Positions 58,276-64,000 of a stretch of DNA of 64,000 bases are shown piece after piece. Numbering within the stretch: the first letter of the stretch is position 1; every line of letters begins with the position of its first letter. Source of the DNA: an uncultured Actinomycetota bacterium (GTDB lineage Bacteria; Actinomycetota; Actinomycetes; JACCUZ01); the NCBI GenBank assembly GCA_963757295.1, contig CAVWQZ010000012.1, positions 73,953 through 137,952 of the forward strand. Reading direction: 5' to 3'. The position numbers and the translations under genes were made by a program. The notes beneath the pieces were generated by a model. That model ran no database searches. It was not told the origin of the DNA and saw nothing but the letters and a program-made list of their open reading frames with translations.

Positions 58276-59662
58276 TCAGGACGCGGTGCCGCTGAATGCC
58301 GTGTCGAGCACGCCCAGGCCCTCGGCGAGCAGCGCCTCGGGCATCACCAGCGGCGGCAGCAGCCGAAGCACGTTGCCGTTGGTGCCGCAGGTCAGCACCA
58401 CGACCCCCTCGGCGTGACAGGCCTTGGCCACGGCCGCCGTCCTGGCTGCGTCCGGCTCGCGGGTGCCCGGGCGGACCAGCTCGACCGCCACCATCGCCCC
58501 CCGACCACGCACGTCACCGATCACGTCGTAGCCGGCCGGCCATCTCGGTCAGCGCCCCGGTCATCACCGCGCCGAGCCGGCGCGCGGCCGCGCAGAGGTC
58601 GTGCGACTCCATCGTCTCGATCGCGCCCATCGCCGCCGCGCAGGCCACCGGGTTGCCGCCGTAGGTGCCGCCGAGACCACCGACGTGCGGCGCGTCCATG
58701 ATCTCGGCCCGGCCGGTCACGCCGGCCAGCGGCAGCCCGCCGGCGATCCCCTTCGCCGTGCACACCAGGTCCGGGACGACTCCCTCGTGGTCGCAGGCGA
58801 ACCAGTCACCGGTGCGGCAGAAGCCGGTCTGGATCTCGTCGGCGACGAAGACCGCTCCGGTCTCCTTCGACCACGCCGCGATGGCGGGCAGGAAGCCGGG
58901 TGCCGGCACGACGAAGCCGCCCTCGCCCTGGATGGGCTCGATCAGCACGCACGCGACGTTGTCGGCACCGACCTGTGCCTCGACCAGCGCGATCGCCCGA
59001 CGTGCCGCGGCCGCGCCGTCGACCTCGGGGCCGTCGCGGAACGGGTAGGACATCGGCACCCGGTAGACCTCGGGGGCGAACGGCCCGAACGAGTGCTTGT
59101 AGGGCATGTTCTTCGCGGTCATCGCCATCGTGAGGTTCGTGCGCCCGTGGTAGGCGTGGTCGAACACGACGACCGCCTGCCGCCCGGTGTGCGCCCGGGC
59201 GATCTTCACGGCGTTCTCCACCGCCTCCGCGCCGGAGTTGAACAGCGCCGAGCGCTTCTCGTGGTCGCCGGGCGTCAACCGGTTGAGCGCCTCGCAGACC
59301 TGCACGTAGCCGTCGTACGGCGTGACCATGAAACAGGTGTGGGTGAACCGGCCGACCTGCTCGCGCACGCGGGTGACCACGGCATCGGCGGCGTTGCCGA
59401 CGCTCACGACGGCGATGCCGGCGCCCAGGTCGATCAGCGAGTTGCCGTCGACGTCGACGATGACGCCGCCGCCGGCCCGGTCGACGAAGACGGGCAGCGT
59501 GGTGCCGACGCCGCGGGCGACGGCGGCGCCGCGGCGGGCGAACAGCTCGGTCGAGCGGGGCCCCGGGACGGCGGTCACCAGCCGGCGCTCCTGCGGGAGC
59601 CCGGGCCCGCCGGCGAGTGACAGGTGCAGGTCGGCAACGGTGGAGTCGGTCATGCCGGACAC
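58276..59662 (-). CDS. gabT: 4-aminobutyrate aminotransferase (class III) (one frame break)
   Basis: Motifs FNSGAEAVENAVKIAR, VADEIQTGFCRTG and CTAKGIAGGLP (PLP Lys). The tail VIGDVRGRGAMVAVELV is in ORF 58276..58524. Hand-off near 58535. Confidence 0.88.
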
Positions 59663-59671
59663 GATACTGTG

Positions 59672-59713
59672 ACGGAATCCGGGGCGGCAGGGCCTTTGGA
59701 CGACGAATTCCGT
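59672..59713. promoter_or_regulatory. Inverted repeat in the divergent gabT / aldehyde dehydrogenase promoter region
   Basis: ACGGAATCCG (59672-59681) and CGAATTCCGT (59704-59713) match 9 of 10 as reverse complements. They lie in the 62-bp gap between the divergent starts. Confidence 0.3.
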
Positions 59714-59724
59714 TGAGGAGACCG

Positions 59725-61119
59725 GTGACCAGCATCGAGGTGCGCCATCCCTACGACGGGGCGCTGGTCGCCGAGGTCGAGCTCGCCGGGCCCGAGCAGG
59801 TGGAGGCAGCGGTCGCCGCCGCCGCCGCGGTCCGGGCCGAGGCCGCCGCCCTGCCCGCGCACGTGCGCGCCGAGGCGCTGAGCCACGTGTCGACCCGGCT
59901 GGGCGAGCGGGCCGAGGAGGTGGCCCGGCTGATCACGGCCGAGTCGGGCAAGCCGCTGATGTGGTCGCGGGTCGAGGTGGCCCGCGCCGCTGCGACCTTC
60001 CGGTGGGCGGCCGAGGAGGCCCGGCGGTGGAGCGGCGAGCTGCAGCGCCTCGACACCGACGCCGGGGCGAGCGGGCGGATGGCCGTCGTACGACGGTTTC
60101 CCCGCGGCCCGGTCCTGGGCATCTCGCCGTTCAACTTCCCGCTCAACCTGGTCGCCCACAAGGTCGCGCCGGCGATCGCGGTCGGCACGCCGATCGTGCT
60201 GAAGCCGGCGCCCAAGACGCCGCTGTCGGCGCTGCTGCTCGCCGAGATCCTCGCCGAGACCGGGCTTCCCGCCGGCATGGCCACGGTCCTCGTCGTTCCC
60301 GACGCGGCGGCACCCGCGCTGGTGGCCGACCCGCGGCTGCCGGTGGTGTCGTTCACCGGGTCGGGGCCGGTCGGCAACGCCATCCGCGCGGCCGTGCCGC
60401 ACAAGCACGTGACGCTGGAGCTCGGCGGCAACGCGGCGGCGCTGGTCTGCGCCGACTGGAGCTCCGAGGCGGACCTCGACTTCGCCGCGGACCGGATCGC
60501 GACGTTCGCCAACTACCAGGCGGGCCAGTCGTGCATCGCCGTGCAACGGGTGCTCGTCGACACGTCCGTCTACGACGCGATGGTGACGCGGCTGGTCAAG
60601 GCCGTCGGTGCGCTGCGCGTCGGAGACCCCGCCGACGAGGCGACCGAGGTCGGCCCGCTCATCGACGAGGCGGCGGCGCGGCGCGTCGAGGAATGGGTCG
60701 ACGAGGCCGTTGCGGCGGGCGGACGGCTGCTGACGGGCGGCGTGCGCGACGGGTCGTCGTACGCGCCGACCGTGCTCGCGGACGTGCCGGACGACGCGCG
60801 GGTGATGCGCGACGAGGTGTTCGGCCCGGTGCTGGTGGTCGCGCCGTTCGACGGGCTCGACGACGGTCTCGCGAAGGTCAACGACTCACGGTTCGGCCTG
60901 CAGGCCGGCGTGTTCACGCACGACGTGCAGGTGGCGTTCCGCGCGCACCGCGAGCTCGAGGTCGGCGGCGTCGTCATCGGCGACGTGCCGTCCTACCGCG
61001 CCGACCAGATGCCCTACGGCGGGGCGAAGGAGTCCGGTGTCGGCCGCGAGGGTGTCCGCTACGCGATGGAGGACTTCACCTACGAACGCGTCATGGTGCT
61101 GACCGGCCTGGACCTGTAG
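59725..61119 (+). CDS. NAD(P)-dependent aldehyde dehydrogenase (succinate-semialdehyde-dehydrogenase-like)
   Basis: GAGGAG lies before GTG 59725. Motifs ISPFNFPLNL, ELGGNAA, GQSCIAVQR (catalytic Cys) and MPYGGAKESGVG. Intact. It is divergent from gabT. Confidence 0.85.
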   Translation: MTSIEVRHPYDGALVAEVELAGPEQVEAAVAAAAAVRAEAAALPAHVRAEALSHVSTRLGERAEEVARLITAESGKPLMWSRVEVARAAATFRWAAEEARRWSGELQRLDTDAGASGRMAVVRRFPRGPVLGISPFNFPLNLVAHKVAPAIAVGTPIVLKPAPKTPLSALLLAEILAETGLPAGMATVLVVPDAAAPALVADPRLPVVSFTGSGPVGNAIRAAVPHKHVTLELGGNAAALVCADWSSEADLDFAADRIATFANYQAGQSCIAVQRVLVDTSVYDAMVTRLVKAVGALRVGDPADEATEVGPLIDEAAARRVEEWVDEAVAAGGRLLTGGVRDGSSYAPTVLADVPDDARVMRDEVFGPVLVVAPFDGLDDGLAKVNDSRFGLQAGVFTHDVQVAFRAHRELEVGGVVIGDVPSYRADQMPYGGAKESGVGREGVRYAMEDFTYERVMVLTGLDL

Positions 61120-61152
61120 GGCCGGTCGCCCTCGGCTGGCTAGCCTCGCCGG

Positions 61153-61776
61153 ATGCGACTCACGAAGTTCGGCCACGCGTGCGTGCGCCTCGACACCGCG
61201 GAGGGCGCGGTCGTCATCGACCCGGGGGACTACTCGCCGGACGCGGACCTCGACGGTGCTGCCGATCTCCTGGTCACGCACGAGCACGCCGACCACATCG
61301 ACGTCGACCGCGTCTCTGCCGCTGTCCGCGCCGGGGCCAGGCTGCACACGAACGCCGCCCTGGCCGACCGGCTCGCCGACGAGTACGACGTGGTGGCGAA
61401 CGCCGTCGCGCCGGGGGACACGTTCTCGGTGGCGGGCCTGGAGGTGCGCGTGGTCGGGGGTGAGCACGCCGAGATCTACGACGGGTTGCCCGGTTGCGCC
61501 AACGTCGGGTTCGTCCTCGGCGGCGTCTACCACCCGGGCGACGCGCTGCACGTCCCCGACGGGGAGGTCGAGACGTTGCTGGTTCCGGTGAGCGCGCCGT
61601 GGCTGAAGCTGGCGGAGGCGTTGGACTTCGTCCGCTCGGTGCGGCCGGCTCGCGCGATCCCGATCCACGACGCGTTGTTCAGCGAGATCGGCAACGCCGG
61701 GGTGGACCGGTGGATGGGCATGAAGGCGGACACCGACTACCGGCGGCTCGGCCCGGGGGAGTCCCTCGAGGTCTAG
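61153..61776 (+). CDS. MBL-fold metallo-hydrolase
   Basis: Reads MRLTKFGHACVRL, with VTHEHADH (HxHxDH) and a C-terminal IPIHD. Intact. Confidence 0.8.
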   Translation: MRLTKFGHACVRLDTAEGAVVIDPGDYSPDADLDGAADLLVTHEHADHIDVDRVSAAVRAGARLHTNAALADRLADEYDVVANAVAPGDTFSVAGLEVRVVGGEHAEIYDGLPGCANVGFVLGGVYHPGDALHVPDGEVETLLVPVSAPWLKLAEALDFVRSVRPARAIPIHDALFSEIGNAGVDRWMGMKADTDYRRLGPGESLEV

Positions 61777-62492
61777 CTGACCTGCAGCTCGCTGAAGCCG
61801 AGCGCGACGCCGTTGGTCCGCAGCATGTCCGCGAACATCGCCTCCGCGTCGTCGAGGGCGAACTTCAGGTGCCCGAACACCTCCATGCACACCAGGCCGT
61901 AGAGGCGCACCCAGCACTCCAGGAAGACCTTGACCGCGCCGGGTGGCAGCGGGCTGCCCATCGAGTCGGCGTACGCCGGCGAGCTGGCGCGCCAGCTGCG
62001 GGTCGAGGTCCTCGGTGCGGCGCGCACGCGAACGGCCGCTGCTCCCAGAGCTGGGCGAACAACGCGGCGTAGACCATGCCGAACCGCCGGCGCCGCCTCG
62101 TGAAGCGGACCCTCGGACGGGACGGCGTAGCCCGGCGGCGGGCTGCCGAACAGCAGACCGAACTCGGTCGGGTGCGCGAGTGCCCAGGCGCGCAGCGCCC
62201 AGCTGGCCGCCACCAACCGCGGGCCGATCGCGTCGGCCGGCAGCTCGTCGCGGGCGGCCTCGAGCGAGGACGTCAGCTCGTCGTACAGCTCGGTGATGAC
62301 CTCGGTCAGCAGGTCCTCGCGGCTGTCGACGTAGCGGTAGAGCGCGGGGGCGGTGACGCCCATGTCACGGGCGACGGCTCGCAGCGAGAGCGCCTCCGGG
62401 CCGCTGGCGACCAGGTGTCGGCGGGCGGTGGCCTTGATCTCGGCCATCGTCGCGTCGCGCAGGCGCTCGCGCCTGCTGACCGGCACCGGCAT
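61773..62492 (-). CDS. TetR-family transcriptional regulator (compensating frame-break pair)
   Basis: HTH EALSLRAVARDMGVTAPALYRYV. The central segment reads naturally only in ORF 61865..62077 (MVYAALFAQLWEQRPF). The C-terminus is WVRLYGLVCMEVFGHL. The start is taken at MPVPVSRRERL. Confidence 0.85.
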   Translation of the reverse strand: MPVPVSRRERLRDATMAEIKATARRHLVASGPEALSLRAVARDMGVTAPALYRYVDSREDLLTEVITELYDELTSSLEAARDELPADAIGPRLVAASWALRAWALAHPTEFGLLFGSPPPGYAVPSEGPLHEAAPAVRHGLRRVVRPALGAAAVRVRAAPRTSTRSWRASSPAYADSMGSPLPPGAVKVFLECWVRLYGLVCMEVFGHLKFALDDAEAMFADMLRTNGVALGFSELQVS

Positions 62493-62528
62493 CGCCGGCT
62501 CGGTTCCGACATCGACTTCCTCCGACCC

Positions 62529-62571
62529 TTGACAAACGGTGAACGGTGTCAGCATAGTGAACACTGTTCAC
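62529..62571 (+). promoter_or_regulatory. Promoter with overlapping TetR operator palindrome for the MMPL gene
   Basis: TTGACA (62529-62534), an 18-nt spacer, then CATAGT (62553-62558). The perfect palindrome GTGAACA-C-TGTTCAC lies at 62557-62571, about 40 nt upstream of the MMPL ATG. An extra half-site GTGAAC lies at 62540-45. Confidence 0.6.
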
Positions 62572-62608
62572 GAAAGCAACTGTCGTTCAGCAGCGTAGGA
62601 GACATCCC

Positions 62609-64000
62609 ATGTTCGCGTCCCTCGGACACCTGACCTTCCGCCGCCGCCGCCTCGTGCTGGTGCTCGCGGCCGCCTTTCTCGCGCTGGGCGCCGGTTGGGG
62701 CACCGGCGTCTTCTCCTCGATGACCGACAGCGGCTTCGAGACCCCCGACAGCGAGTCGGCCCGGGCCCTGACCCAGATCGAGAAGACGGTCGGCCGGGGT
62801 GGCACCGACGTCGTGGTGCTCTACCGCCACGGTGGCGACACCGTCGACGACCCGGCGTTCCGGGCCGCCGTCGAGGACCACCTGGCGGACCTGCCGTCCG
62901 AGCAGGTCGCGGGCGTGACGACGTACTGGTCGGCCGGCCAGCCGCCCGCGCTGGTGTCGAAGGACCGCACCAGCACCTACGCCGTCCTGCAGCTCGTCGG
63001 CGACGGCGACGACGCCCTGATGGACTCCTACGAGGCGGTCTCGCCCGCGCCTGCACGAGGCGCCGGACGGGCTGTCCGTGCAGCTCGGCGGCAACGAGGC
63101 GATCGCGAGCGACATCACCAACCAGGTCGGCGAGGACATCGCGCGGGCCGAGACGCTGTCGATGCCGATCGTGCTCGTGCTGCTCGTCGTCATCTTCGGC
63201 GGGCTGACCGCCGCGAGCCTGCCGCTGGCCATCGGCGGCCTGGCGATCCTCGGGTCGTTCACGTTGCTGCGGCTGCTCTCCCTGGTCACCGACGTGTCGG
63301 TCTTCTCGATCAACATCGTGACGATGCTCGGCCTCGGCCTTGCCATCGACTACGCGCTGTTCGTGGTCAGCCGGTTCCGCGAGGAGATGCGCCGGCCGGG
63401 CGCGACCACCGAGGACGCGCTGGTCCGCACGATGAGCACCGCCGGCCGCACCGTCGCGTTCTCCGGCGTCACGGTCGCGATCGCGCTGGCCTCGCTGCTG
63501 CTGTTCCCGCAGGTGTTCCTGCGGTCGATGGGCTTCGGCGGGATGGCGGCCGTGCTCGTCGCGATGGTCGGCGCGCTCACCGTGCTGCCGGCGCTGCTGG
63601 CGATGCTCGGGCCACCGCGTCGACTCGCTGCGCATCCCGTTCCTGCCGCCGCAGCACGTCGACGCGGCCGCGCAGGAGGACCACCACGGCTTCTGGTACC
63701 GCCTCGCGCAGAGCGTGATGCGCCGCCCGGTCGTCTACGTCGCCGTCATCGTGCCGCTGCTGCTCCTGCTCGGCAGCCCGTTCCTCGCGGGTGGTGTTCG
63801 GCGGGGTCGACCACCGGGCGCTGCCGGCGGGCACCGAGAGCCGGGTCGTCGGCGAGACGCTGCTGCGCGACTTCCCGGGCGGCAGCACGACCACGATCGA
63901 CGCGGTCGTCACGGCCGACGACGGGGCACTCGACGCCGGCCGGCGCTGACGTCGTACGTCGAGGAGCTGCGCGCCCTCCCCGGCGTGACCGGCGCCGACG
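62609..64000 (+). CDS. MMPL-family (RND-like) membrane transporter, 3' end outside window (at least 3 frame breaks)
   Basis: Reads [31 protein letters not shown]. After a hand-off near 63045 it reads GEDIARAETLSMPIVLVLLVVIFGG...LGLGLAIDYALFVVSRFREE...AFSGVTVAIALASLLLFP. Further hand-offs lie near 63615, 63790 and 63950. Confidence 0.85.

Overview
High-GC (about 70%) actinobacterial chromosome segment, read by eye from the six-frame track and the sequence. No database or HMM search was run, so family names rest on recognised motifs. Bases 1-37000 hold the conserved core block smc-ftsY-amtB-glnK-glnD-ffh-rpsP-KH-rimM-trmD-rplS-lepB(x2)-rnhB-DUF2469-yraN-yifB/comM-dprA-xerC-whiG-(M23 peptidase)-rpsB-tsf-pyrH-frr-cdsA-rlmN. 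Small accessory insertions interrupt it: an alpha/beta hydrolase, a LOR/scramblase-like gene with a polytopic membrane protein, a small acidic peptide gene with a YydH-like M50 metalloprotease, an ArsR-SRPBCC pair, an L,D-transpeptidase, and a class-V PLP enzyme. Bases 37600-61100 are a dense polyamine/agmatine/GABA catabolic supercluster: two class-III aminotransferases, four aldehyde dehydrogenases, two FAD oxidoreductases, a PotABCD-type ABC importer, agmatinase, a saccharopine-dehydrogenase-like enzyme, an Lrp regulator and others. An MBL-fold protein and a TetR-MMPL pair follow, and the MMPL gene runs off the window end. I saw no rRNA, tRNA, CRISPR array, IS element or prophage. About 60 single-nucleotide frame disruptions occur (hand count), mostly insertions. 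They hit essential genes (rpsB, rpsP, pyrH, ftsY, trmD, cdsA), so I treat them as consensus errors and call these loci CDS, not pseudogenes. The best candidate for something undescribed is the module at 23.25-25.5 kb, wedged between dprA and xerC. It consists of a 70-aa acidic peptide ORF, a strong stem-loop, and a membrane M50 protease with an N-terminal PqqD/RRE-like domain. Other structures worth a look are a perfect 18-bp GNRA hairpin in the 5' end of glnD, a thrice-used 9-mer giving alternative pairings in the rplS leader, DnaA-box-like inverted pairs in two promoter regions, and a 196-nt structured leader inside the polyamine operon.
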